This document shows positions 52,300 to 64,000 of a DNA stretch of 64,000 nt, one piece after another (position 1 is the stretch's first letter; each line of letters starts with the position of its first letter). The DNA is from Octopus sinensis (lineage: Eukaryota), in contig NC_043015.1 in the NCBI RefSeq assembly GCF_006345805.1, positions 32,364,001 through 32,428,000 of the forward strand. The letters run 5' to 3'. The notes under the pieces are model-generated. The model saw nothing but the letters and a program-made list of their open reading frames with translations, searched no databases and had not been told where the DNA came from. The translations under genes and the position numbers were made by a program.

Positions 52300-52680
52300 G
52301 GAAGCACTCCGTCGGTTACGACGATGAGGGTTCCGGTTGACCCGATCAACGGAACAGCCTGATCGTGAAATTAACGTGTAAGTGGCTGAGCACTCCACAG
52401 ACACGTGTACCCTTAACGTAGTTCTCGGGGATATTCAGCGTGACACAGAGAGTGACAAGGCCGGCCCTTTGAAATACAGGTACAACAGAAACAGGAAGTA
52501 AGAGTGAGAGAAAGTTGTGGTGAAAGAGTACAGCAGGGATCACCACGATCCCCTGCGGAGCATCGTGGAGCTTTAGGTGTTTTCGCTCAATAAACACTCA
52601 CAACGCCCGGTCTGGGAATCGAAACCGCGATCCTACGACCGCGAGTCCGCTGCCCTAACCACTGGGCCATTGCGCCTCCA
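52300..52680 (-). mobile_element. SINE family C (OR1-like), full length
   Basis: Head TGGAGGCGCAATGGCCCAGTGG; A8G7 tail; (CA)TAGAAAA on both flanks. Confidence 0.9.
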
Positions 52681-53915
52681 TAGAAAAAAAAAAAAGAACT
52701 TTTTTCCTTTACCTCAGAATGTCCAACGCCAGAATGGGAGAATCTTTAATGATCAATGTAAACAGTTGGTGGATTGGTGAAACTGTAATTTGGTTGAATT
52801 TCTTTATGTTCTGAGATCAAATCACACAGTGGTCAAAATCTAGTGTTTATATTTTCAGGTTCGATAACACATTCAATACCAGCTGTATACTGCGTTCGAT
52901 CCTAGAATATCCTCCAAATTATTAATCGTGTACATTATAGAATTTCTTTGTGATAGTGTTGTAAACATAATATATATATATAACCTAATATAAATATATA
53001 TATATATATGCATACATACATGCCTTGATTTATTTCCACGATCGATTTCGTTTGCACTACGTTATTTATTATATATTCAATTGTATATCTAATTCTGATG
53101 CAATTCTATTATCTTCAGTTTCTTGGAGCACGAAAATAGCCTCACAATATTTGACGAATACATACACACACAGAAACACAAATACACACATATATATATG
53201 TACACAATATATATAAATATATATATATTGATAGCATTATGAATACACTTATAAGATTGTTATTCTTCACTCGGATAATCAAGCTCGTATACTGTAAAAT
53301 TTTACCCTCAAAGAGACGTTATCTGGATTTCACGACGTTCCGGGTATTTAGAATGAACTTTCATTCCTGTCCACAAAAACTACCCGGGTATATAATTCGA
53401 GTTCTTTCATTATAACATTCTCATTGTGACTTCTGAATATATATTCACATGGGCTCGCCTGATCCAGATTAACAATAATATTTCTGCAGTAAAATGTATG
53501 AAATATATATATTTATTGATTGTAATATATATGAGATTTGATTTATTAACAAGAATAATTTCGTTTGCATTATTATTATTATGTTACAGCTTTGAAATTC
53601 CAGGCAATTTTATTATGTTCAAACTTTGCTAAACTTGGCAAGGAATTATTCTTGCTCCGCTTAAAGAATATATATTTCATGCGCATGTGTGAAGGCGTAT
53701 GTATGTGCGTGTGTGTGTGTATGAGTGAGTGTATGCGTTTGTGTGTGCGTGTGCAGAAACATTCATAATCTTGCTCGAAAATTATATACATACGTGCACC
53801 CAAATGAAATTAGTAACCAGCATGAGAAATATTATCTTACTGATTAGCCCCACTTTGTACACTTATATATATATGTGTGTGTATGTATGCATTTCTATCC
53901 ATCTATCTATCTATC

Positions 53916-54010
53916 AGGAAAGTGTTTGTCTCCAATCCTTTCAGACGCGTCCACCAGAAAGAATGTATCTGGTGGACGCGTCTGAAAGGATTGGAGACAA
54001 ACACTTTCCT
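53916..54010. repeat. Perfect 43-bp inverted repeat with 9-nt loop at the LINE 5' junction
   Basis: AGGAAAGTGTTTGTCTCCAATCCTTTCAGACGCGTCCACCAGA (53916-53958), loop AAGAATGTA, exact reverse complement (53968-54010). Confidence 0.97.
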
Positions 54011-54532
54011 CTCTGGTCAATCTCTCATCAACTTCTTCAAGTACTACTTGAAAAGGAAAGTGAGAGTAGAGAGGCAAGTTTTGTCTAGCGAATGTTTTAA
54101 AAAAAGATGGGTGAATGTAGCAAGAATGGCACGTATGAGTGACGAAGCCACCTTGAGCATGATCCTATGAACCAGAAATTGAAAACAGAGAGTTGCTTAT
54201 TTGCAAAAAAAAAAAAAAAAGAAATATAACATGTGACTCCATTGACCGAGGTTACCGTGGTCTTTTCCGTAGGCTTTTCTTTCCACGGGTAAACCTCACC
54301 TGTCCTCCCCTTTACACTTCATATTGACATTTCTGTGATAACGATCCCTATTGATCAAATTTTTTTTTCCTCTCCTCCTTTTTTTTAACCCCCCTTTTTT
54401 TGTCCTCTTTCTCTCCTTTTACGATCCCTTTTGATCGAAACTCCCCCTTCCTTTTTTTTTTTTTTAAAAGAAAAGCTCTACCTTGTAATTTGTTCTATCT
54501 GTGTGCAGCCCTGTGTGGCTAATAAAGAAACA

Positions 54533-54535
<3 letters not shown>
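53959..54535 (+). mobile_element. 5'-truncated L1/Tx1-like LINE: ORF2 C-terminus, 3' UTR, (TCTA)n tail to about 54650
   Basis: KECIWWTRLKGLETNTFLSGQSLINFFKYYLKRKVRVERQVLSSECFKKRWVNVARMARMSDEATLSMIL* then UTR and AATAAA; clade inferred from the IW..R / ER....F..RW pattern. Confidence 0.7.
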
Positions 54536-54592
<57 letters not shown>

Positions 54593-54751
54593 CATCTATC
54601 CATCTATCCATCTATCTATCTATCTATCTATCTATCCATCTATCTATCTATTCTTTTCTATTCTTTTCTTTTCTTTTTACGACATCTTCAGTTGCTATCA
54701 GTTACGATATTCTCAATGGCGTCTCAAATATTCATTCTGTTCTAGTTTCAG

Positions 54752-54921
54752 CCTAGAAGAAGACTGGGCTTCCCGTTACGCCATACTCTTCTACCACGTG
54801 ACCGATGAAGGATTTCTAACCTGCAACACATCTCAAGGGGATCTAATAAAACAGAACGAGACAGAAAATGATGCAGTGGTGCCAGATGAACTCTTGACCC
54901 TTGGAGCCAATTATTTCATTG
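54752..54921 (+). CDS. Internal coding exon of an unidentified host gene
   Basis: Acceptor TTCTGTTCTAGTTTCAG, donor G|GTGAGT, 170-bp open frame LEEDWASRYAILFYHVTDEGFLTCNTSQGDLIKQNETENDAVVPDELLTLGANYFI in unique sequence (phase 2 to 1). Confidence 0.7.
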
Positions 54922-55053
54922 GTGAGTTCTTAACCTTGTTCTTGATTTGGCGATATTGTTATTTTCTTTCTATGTTTTATCAAATACAATAATACTGAAT
55001 GCATTCCAATAACACTGGATTAAAATATTTATGCAGTTAAAATATTTATACAT

Positions 55054-55465
55054 AGGTGCAGGAGTGGCTGTGTGGTAAGTAGCTTGTTTACCAACCACAT
55101 GGTTCCGGGTTCAGTCCCACTGCATGGCACCTTGGGCAAGTGTCTTCTACTATAGCCTCGGGCCAACCAAAACCTTGTAAATGGATTAGGTAGATGGAAT
55201 CTGAAAGAAGCCCGTCGTATATATGTATATATATATATGCATTTGTGTGTTTGTGTGTCTGTGTTTGTCCCCCTAGCATTGCTTGACAACCGATGCTGGT
55301 GTGTTTATGTCCCCGTCACTTAGCGGTTCGGCAAAAGAGACCGATAGAATAAGTACTGGGCTTACAATGAATAAGTCCCGGGGTTGAGTTGCTCGACTAA
55401 AGATGGTGCTCCAGCATGGCCGCAGTCAAATGACTGAAACAAGTAAAAGAAATAAAAGAAAAAGT
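55054..55465 (+). mobile_element. SINE family A, full length
   Basis: Head and tail as in the other family A copies. Confidence 0.92.
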
Positions 55466-56194
55466 TATTTCCTTTCCTGAAGTGTGTATACACGTTTTGG
55501 GCGGACTCTGTATACCTAAATACACACATATACTGAGAAACACACACACACATACTCACGTATATGTGGTACGAAGGATCGGTTCCACCCTTATTTTCCG
55601 TGATTACTCACTAACGAAATTTAGAAGTTTTGGCTAAAGGCATTATTATCCGAACAGAATTGATCATACTTTAATTCCTGTATTGAGTACTTTTAACCTG
55701 TTCGTATGTATATCAAATGAAATTCATAACCAACATCCAACCGCGCGTTTAATTCACACACAAACCTATAAATATTCATTTTGTTCATGTGTCTGGGAGT
55801 GACGTGGGTGTAGGAAATAGTATGGGCATGCGCATTTGAGTAAATGTGAAACATACTTGTGTAGTTATATCATCAGTAAGTCAGTATTTTGGTTTTAGTT
55901 TATGGAAACAAAGCGGACGCAGAAGAAAAAAAGTAATAGTGAAAATGCCAAACGGATATAAAGAATAGCTGATGAAGATAGAAATAGTATGGAAGAAGCA
56001 GGTTATGTGCGTTTGTGTCTGTGTGGGAGTGGGGTAGGGGAAGGAACGATATATTATATTGGTTTACTCTGGAACTAACAGGAACCAAGCGATTGCAGCA
56101 CAAACTTCCAAACTTCCGGTAGTTGCTCTTATATATAATGTTGAAGTTTATAAGAGGTAGGATGCGAGTAATATACATACATACATATATATGT

Positions 56195-56258
<64 letters not shown>

Positions 56259-56640
56259 CATACAGACATGTGTGTGCATATATGTGTGTATATATACATA
56301 CATAAACGTAGATATATACATATTATATATATATACCTGCATACATATATATATATATGTGTGGTGTGTGCGTGTTTGTATGTGTATGTGTGTGTGTGTG
56401 TGTTAATACTGAAATTCCTCACATCACACTAAATTTGAATTTAACAAGTTTTGGTTGCGTTGAAATGTTTATATTATTCCACATGAAATGTTAATTGCAT
56501 TGCGTAATATTACTGTTTTCTGTTTTCCAAACTTATAGAGACAGTCCATCAAACATTCACCAGAGTTTCTATTCCGAAGAGATTGTACATATACATACAC
56601 ACACAAACACACACAGACACACACACATATATATATATTT

Positions 56641-57025
56641 ACTAGCAGTATCGCCCGGCGTTGCTCAGGTTTGTAAGGGAGATAACTATAAAGCATTTTT
56701 AGAGAGTTATAGCCAAAAAATAGCAAAAAAATGGAAAAAAATGATGGTAAATTTTTTTTTTAGTTAAAAAAGGTGGAGTTGCGTCCCCTAGACAGTTTGC
56801 GGTTTGTGTTTCTGATTCTCGACTCCATGTCGACTTTATCGATTTTTTTCAGAACTGTTGGAACTTTTCAAAATTTTCGCTGCGTTAGTTTTGAATTATG
56901 ACATTGGGCTATGTGTGTGTCAAGTTTCATCAGAATCGGTTGAAGGCCGTGGTCAGGGTGAGGGTACAAGAAAACAGACACACAGAAACACGCACAGACA
57001 AACTGCCGTTTATATAGAGAGAGAT
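56641..57025 (+). mobile_element. Helitron-like non-autonomous element, copy 2
   Basis: Aligns end to end with 49905-50277. Confidence 0.7.
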
Positions 57026-57308
57026 ATCGTCGGTAGAGTATAAATCCGAAAAAGATGGAAACTAGAAGAAGCCAGTCATTTATATATATGCGTGTGAGTG
57101 CGCGCGCGTTTTTGTATCAGTGCTTGTCCCCACCACAGCCTGACAACCGGTTTTGTGTGTTTATGTCCCCGTGACATAGCAGTTCGGCAAGGAGACCGAT
57201 AGACTAACTACCAGGCTGAAAAAAAAAGAGAATACTGGGGACGATTCATTCGACCAAAAATTCTTCAAGATGGGGCCCCTGCATGGTCGCAGTCTAATGA
57301 CTGAAACA

Positions 57309-57370
<62 letters not shown>

Positions 57371-57589
57371 TATACTACTAATATAGGATGAATGTTTTTT
57401 TTACAGAAAAAATTTCATCAAAAAGTGGCAGCATATAAACAAAGGCAAAAGAAAATTATTTCTATGCCAATGTGCTGATAACAGACTTTTAAATCGTCAG
57501 TTTCCACATATTATATACCCACTACAGAAATACATTGTGCTGAAATCGGGAAGCTAGTCAACAGAATTTTTTTTAAAAAAAGGTCGTTA

Positions 57590-57646
57590 TTTCTATATTG
57601 AATCAATTTCGGAATTAATCTCAGATTTTTTCCTCGTCAGTAGAAA
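57590..57646 (-). ncRNA. Canonical type I hammerhead ribozyme (copy 1)
   Basis: Minus: UUUCUA | CUGACGA | GGAA aa AAUC uga GAUU aa UUCC | GAA | AUUGA u UCAAU | A | UAGAAA. All core residues, G10.1-C11.1 and a 6-bp stem I are present; predicted cut between 57596 and 57595. Confidence 0.85.
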
Positions 57647-58247
57647 ATGCGATAAGAAATAAATGAAATACTTACATGCGTCCATGGAAAAAAAAATATA
57701 TGACAGAGAGAGAACGAAAAAAAATGTAGATTTGAGCGGTCCAGCATGATATTCATATATATGTGTGTGGTGTGTGTGGAGGTAGGAGTCTGATTGGAAG
57801 ATTGGCGACAATCTTCTAATCGAACTACTGTTTATCTGTAATTGCTGTTGCTAAAAGATTAGCCAGAATTTTAACAGGAATGTCAGCGTTTATATTCACG
57901 ATAATAAGACTTGAACTTAGAACCGGCATATCTGTAGGATGTGCTAACGATTCCTTCAATTCAATACCCAAGATTCGTAGTTTATTCTTCCTCTAAATGA
58001 TAAAAAGCAGCATTGGTCCGAGTGAGATTTGAACCGCGAAAATTGCGGATCGGAACACGCTTCGCAACATGCTGTATCGCATGTTCTAACAACTCTGCCA
58101 ATTCCGGATTTTATGCATGTTCACATACGCATTAAATATGCAAACGAATACATACAAAATACATACAGATATACATATACACATTTCTATATATACGCAT
58201 ATAAACATGTACACACACACACACATATATATATATATTATATATAT

Positions 58248-58281
<34 letters not shown>

Positions 58282-58496
58282 CTACTAATATAGGATGAAT
58301 GTTTTTTTTACAGAAAAAATTTCATCAAAAAGTGGCAGCATATAAACAAAGGCAAAAGAAAATTATTTCTATGCCAATGTGCTGATAACAGACTTTTAAA
58401 TCGTCAGTTTCCACATATTATATACCCACTACAGAAATACATTGTGCTGAAATCGGGAAGCTAGTCAACAGAATTTTTTTTAAAAAAAGGTCGTTA

Positions 58497-58553
58497 TTTC
58501 TATATTGAATCAATTTCGGAATTAATCTCAGATTTTTTCCTCGTCAGTAGAAA
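58497..58553 (-). ncRNA. Canonical type I hammerhead ribozyme (copy 2)
   Basis: Identical sequence 907 bp downstream. Confidence 0.85.
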
Positions 58554-59117
58554 ATGCGATAAGAAATAAATGAAATACTTACATGCGTCCATGGAAAAAA
58601 AAATATATTGACAGAGAGAGAACGAAAAAAAATGTAGATTGAGCGGTCCAGCATGATATTCATATATATGTGTGTGGTGTGTGTGGAGGTAGGAGTCTGA
58701 TTGGAAGATTGGCGACAATCTTCTAATCGAACTACTGTTTATCTGTAATTGCTGTTGCTAAAAGATTAGCCAGAATTTTAACAGGAATGTCAGCGTTTAT
58801 ATTCACGATAATAAGACTTGAACTTAGAACCGGCATATCTGTAGGATGTGCTAACGATTCCTTCAATTCAATACCAAGATTCGTAGTTTATTCTTCCTCT
58901 AAATGATAAAAAGCAGCATTGGTCCGAGTGAGATTTGAACCGCGAAAATTGCGGATCGGAACACGCTTCGCAACATGCTGTATCGCATGTTCTAACAACT
59001 CTGCCAATTCCGGATTTTATGCATGTTCACATACGCATTAAATATGCAAACGAATACATACAAACATACATACAGATATACATATACACATTTCTATATA
59101 TACGCATATAAACATGT

Positions 59118-59170
<53 letters not shown>

Positions 59171-59232
59171 CCTATATCCATACTTAAATGTACTGTTATT
59201 CATACATAATGCATACATGCATATATATATAT

Positions 59233-59277
<45 letters not shown>

Positions 59278-60109
59278 GATTGTGTTTTTGTGTGTATATG
59301 AATATGTACAGACATATGCGTTTGTGTGTGTGTGTATATGTTTGTGTAGCACGTCACTTATCTTTACGAGAAGTTACGTTTCTGCAAAAACTCTTCAGAT
59401 TATACCAAGAGGGTCTGTTTTTTCTTTTATCCTTTTTGCCTTTTCTTCACATCACTTTTCTAAAGTTACGTTTCAATTCTTTCTTTAAAACATTTAATTA
59501 TTGAGAACCGACAAAGATAAAAATAGAACATGCACAATCAACTGAAAGGTCGAATGCTTTCAAGAACATCTTTCTTCGGGAATATTTAATTTGCTTGAAT
59601 TGACAGAAATGGAAACATCATTTATGCATCCTTGTCAAAAGAAGTTATTTCTTAATTATACATCCTCCATTTAGGAACACCTGAGACAAATAGTAGGCCC
59701 TATCCGTGCTAGAAATAGCGACCAAATCTCTCGTAAACCGCATCCTGTAGATTTACATAAAACGGTGAAATGACAGAACCGTTAGAGAGCTGGAGAGAAT
59801 AACTCATGATATTTGTTCTCTATTCTCTCTTCTCTAAATTTGGGCAAGATATCCCTATTGTATCTTCTCTGCTCTTTACATTCTGAAGGAAACATTTGTG
59901 ACGATACTGATGCGAAGTTGTATCTCCCAAAGTGGACTAGTTTTCCCGTGGTTAAAAATTAGCGTCGTAGAAAGGGAGGACTTCGCATGTACACGCTAGT
60001 TTTCTTAAGAATCATAGTTTGATTGTGCGCCATCTTGGGCAAATGTCTTCTATTATAGCCGCGGACCGACCAAAGCCTTGTAATTGGGTTTGGTAAACGG
60101 AAACCTGTC

Positions 60110-60490
60110 GTATACATACAATCATACATACATACATACTTATACATACATACATACATACATACACAAATACATACATACATACATACATACATACATA
60201 CATACATACATACATACATACATTCATACATACTTATACATACATACATACATACTTATACATACATACATAAATACATTCATACATACATACATACATA
60301 CATACATACATACATACATACATACACACATTCATATATACATACATACATACATACGTATATGCATACATACAATCATACATACATACATACATACACA
60401 CATACATACATACATACATAATACACACATTCATATATGCATACATACATACATTCATATATACATACATACATACATACATACATGCAT
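60110..60490. repeat. (CATA)n microsatellite
   Basis: Directly visible. Confidence 0.95.
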
Positions 60491-61261
60491 GTTTAGTGGT
60501 CATTCGCAAGTGAGTACGCTCTGTTGGCTTGTACGACACTTTCGCTAATTATTTGAGGTGCCTATATCGTCTCGAGCTCCCTGAACCCCGTTGAACAACG
60601 AGGATGTGACAGCAAAGGAAGGAGAAAAAGAATGAAGGTGACCGAGAGAGGGAGAGAGAGAGAGAGAGAGAGAAAGAAAGAAAGAGACAGATAGACAGAA
60701 AGAGAGAGAGAGAGACAGAAAGAAAGAGAAGGGGAGTGAGTGTGAGTGGTGTACAGGTACTAGGTTGGTACACATCTTGAACTCAGTTATCTGGAGCAGC
60801 GTGAAGTGAAGTGCCTTGCTCAAGGGTAGAACGCACATGTATATATATATATACACAGGCACAAGTCTATACTTACACACACACATATATAAATATATCT
60901 GTATACAGAGTAAGATAGGTAATAGATAGATATACATACATACGTAATTCCAGACACACGTATAATAAATCAGCAACATAACAGTCCCTAGTTGTGGACT
61001 CTCCCTATAGACTTCAGAGAAAGATATAACAGGAAGAGCTGTCTTTTATTTAAATTTTTGTTTGGCAAAGTATTAATTATCAAATTAATATTTTGCTGAT
61101 TAAATTAGATTTTGTGAGAGAATCAAAATGAAATTACAAATACATGTCCTAAAATTAGAAATAAATAAAATTGAAACAAACAAGCCAAGCAAAGATAATA
61201 GAAGTCGATGGCAAGACAGTGACCTTCCCTTGAGATCATTTATGTTGCTATTTAGTTTCAG

Positions 61262-61480
61262 AGTAAGAATGAAACAACCAGGAGACGACGGAAGGGTCCA
61301 TTATTTGGCGGTGCGTCCTACTAGAAATAACTGGCAATATCTCTCAGATAACAAATTCGATGTCTGTTTCGAGTTTCCAGATTCACGGGACCAGAGTTTA
61401 TTCAGACTTTTAAGATGCTTAGGCGACGACACACAATACAAGCTTCGCAACCCTGAAGGGGTCACCAGTCTCTCTGTCAG
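61262..61480 (+). CDS. Probable internal coding exon of the same unidentified gene
   Basis: Acceptor TATTTAGTTTCAG; open frame VRMKQPGDDGRVHYLAVRPTRNNWQYLSDNKFDVCFEFPDSRDQSLFRLLRCLGDD..; the donor (CAG|GTTTAA) is uncertain. Confidence 0.5.
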
Positions 61481-61929
61481 GTTTAATCCTGCCCTGAGCA
61501 GAATTGGTACACAGTATCGGTTATGTGTACTTGCTGAAGGTCACAATGCACCTTTCGTTCCGAGAATTGAACCCACGATCTGACGATTATGAAATTAATA
61601 CTGTATTTAATGATGTTTTAGATACACTAAATTTTTATATAAGACCACTTGGGCATTGCTGACATACATTTCATCATCTCTGCAGCCTATTCAGGAAGAA
61701 CTGGATAAAAACAAGGAAAATCAGTGTTACCCTTTACACAAGTTCAATAACAGCTTCTATATTTTCTCGTTACCCTTATTTTTATTAGCCCTCAGTTACC
61801 TATTACCCAATATCCAACTTCTTGCGTTCAAATTCCGCTGAGGTAAATTTTGCGTTGCAACCTTTCAGGATCGAGAAATAAAGTTCAAGAGTCGATGTCA
61901 ATTTTTTTTCTTTTTTCCCTTCTCCGTGC

Positions 61930-62114
61930 ATACACACACATATCCACACAAATATACATACACACATACATACATACATACATGCATACATACATGCATA
62001 CATACATACATACATACATACATACATACATACATACATACACACATTAATACATACATATATACATACACACATACACACATACACACATTCATACATA
62101 CATACATACATACA

Positions 62115-62148
<34 letters not shown>

Positions 62149-62265
62149 CATACATACATATATACATACATACTACATACATACATACATACACACATTA
62201 ATACATACATATATACATACACACATACACACATACACACATTCATACATACATACATACATACA

Positions 62266-62299
<34 letters not shown>

Positions 62300-62455
62300 C
62301 ATACATACATATATACATACATACATACATACATACACACATTCATACATACATACATACATACACACATTCATACATACATACATACATACATACACAC
62401 ATACACACATTCATACATACATACATACATACATACATACATAATACGTACATAC
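61930..62455. repeat. (CATA)n array with repeated variant blocks
   Basis: Directly visible. Confidence 0.95.
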
Positions 62456-62989
62456 ATATATTTATTGTGATTTAGTGATAGCAAAATCTTTTGTCAGGAC
62501 TCAATACATATACTTGAGAATACAGCGTTATACTAGTACAAAGAATAAGATTAATTATTAAATGACAAGTAAGCAGGATTTACGTCATCAACTACATTAG
62601 CTGCTGCAATTAATGCTGTAAGAAGCAACACATTTATTTAAATGCATTCTGAAAGAAACATAAACTTCGCTTTAATGGCTCCGAGGAAGCTACAAGATGT
62701 TACACAAATTCTCATCTCTGATTGTACTGCTTCTTATAGTAGAAACGGCTGTAAGGCAACGGGGATGATTACGTAATTTCTGTTCCCTTGACACTGAATC
62801 ATAAATTTTCGAAGGAATAGCTTTAGTCACACGTTGAATACTACCCCGAGTTCTAGTAGCTGGTGTTATTTTGTTGTTGTTTTCGTAACATTTAGCAGGA
62901 GCACTAAGGAAAAACATTGTGGCGATTTGCTACTGACATGAAGGCGGTAAGATTGACCCTTGACCAATTCCTCAAATTTGTTGTTAGAG

Positions 62990-63130
62990 TGTGGGCGCAA
63001 GCTCTTGAAAAAGGGGAACGAAGGCAATTGGAAAGTAAGGGGAATAGGGAGATGCTGCCCTCCAATAAATTTATTGAATAATGCGTGAATATGGTGAGGA
63101 TGGCCAGAGTGAGGGATCCTACTCTAATCA
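62990..63130 (+). mobile_element. Diverged L1/Tx1-like ORF2 C-terminal remnant
   Basis: NREMLPSNKFIE*CVNMVRMARVRD aligns with ERQVLSSECFKKRWVNVARMARMSD of the 54-kb copy. Confidence 0.5.
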
Positions 63131-64000
63131 AGTACTTGCAGAAAAGAACAGATGGAAGAAGGACACCTACTAGTGGTGCCCTTGGCGGTTGGGATGACCC
63201 TGAATCTATGGACTTCCCTATTTACCCTGGGGTGGTTCTCCACCGACTGGGAAATTTTGTTATGTTCTTGTTTAATAGCTATTGTTTTTGTTTACCCGTG
63301 TTTATATAAACATCCGTTGCAAGAAATAGCAGCTATATTCAATTTAGATTTAAATCTGCCAATTCAAACAAAGGAGGATACACTGGATATGTTTTAGTAA
63401 CTCTTAAAAAGGATCTTCACTGTTGAAGTTCAAAATAAGGAAATGTCAAAAATATTTTCCCCCCATTCAACATACCACAACCATTTTCTTTCGACTACTT
63501 GCTGCTGATATATACACTCACTACTTTATACGAGAACAGATTTACTTATTAGCGTGGACAGGGATAAAATCAGTGGCGTCGATCCGAGGAAATGACTTGT
63601 GCATATTTTAACGACACTGGGAGAAGGTACAGTAAAATCACCATTTTGATGTAAGAATTTAAAGAGACATTATTCGGTATTGTAAAATACTTTTTCTGCC
63701 CATCTTTCAGCTCTGCCATCCACCATCACAGTATAAAAATATAAAGGAACGTAATTCAGCACTTAGTTATTATCTCTGCGTCTCTAATGACTGGAACATT
63801 TACGTCTACCGTGTGATGAAATAGAGAAGTATTAGTCAACGACTGCGCCATCCATTGCCCTTCCGTTGTCTTATAGTGAAGTTAATGCGAGCACTTTGCT
63901 ACTAATTTATGAAGTCTTAAAAAAAAATTTATTTCAATGTTGGCAGTAGCTTTGATTTCAGCTTTTCTCTGAATAGGATCTACTTCGATCGTGGATAAAA

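Larger units (their letters stand above)
57375..59160. repeat. 907-bp direct tandem duplication bounded by (TA)n
   Basis: CTACTAATATAGG at 57375 and 58282; the differences I found are 1-bp indel type. Confidence 0.92.

Noticed and set aside
59371-59406. Minus-strand CUGAAGA..GAAACGUA hammerhead-like string
   Set aside because: No stem II closing pair and no stem I complementarity.
61128-61583. 151-aa single-exon gene
   Set aside because: The 5' part looks intronic with an internal acceptor and the 3' part runs into a SINE remnant; only the middle is kept as a candidate exon.
1-64000. CRISPR arrays, operons or other prokaryotic systems
   Set aside because: No repeat-spacer periodicity or gene-dense coding; the window is animal repeat-rich DNA.

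Overview
AT-rich, repeat-saturated animal genomic DNA, almost certainly an Octopus (coleoid cephalopod) intronic or intergenic region. The assignment rests on octopus-type tRNA-derived SINE families and very dense (TA)n/(TATG)n/(TCTA)n/(AAT)n microsatellites. Nearly all ORFs in the track are translations of microsatellites or SINEs. Coding remnants are mostly transposon-derived: two RTE-clade LINE pieces, R4/Dong-like LINE pieces, two L1/Tx1-like C-termini, two different Penelope-like (PLE) GIY-YIG endonucleases, one full-length decayed mariner and a probable Chapaev3-type zinc finger. One well-supported (+) exon (54752-54921) and one or two weaker exons belong to a host gene I cannot identify. 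The most notable signal, not visible in the ORF track, is a set of type I hammerhead ribozyme motifs in (TA)n-flanked PLE-like short elements. A fully canonical hammerhead is present twice in a 907-bp tandem duplication (57590-57646 and 58497-58553, minus strand), giving a retrozyme-like or double-hammerhead layout. Another near-canonical one lies at 7785-7871, and three fold-back palindromes have symmetry centres at or beside hammerhead-like cores. A Tx1-like LINE appears to target (TCTA)n, and a fixed-length ~555-bp element sits in trinucleotide repeats. All calls are by eye and no database search was run.
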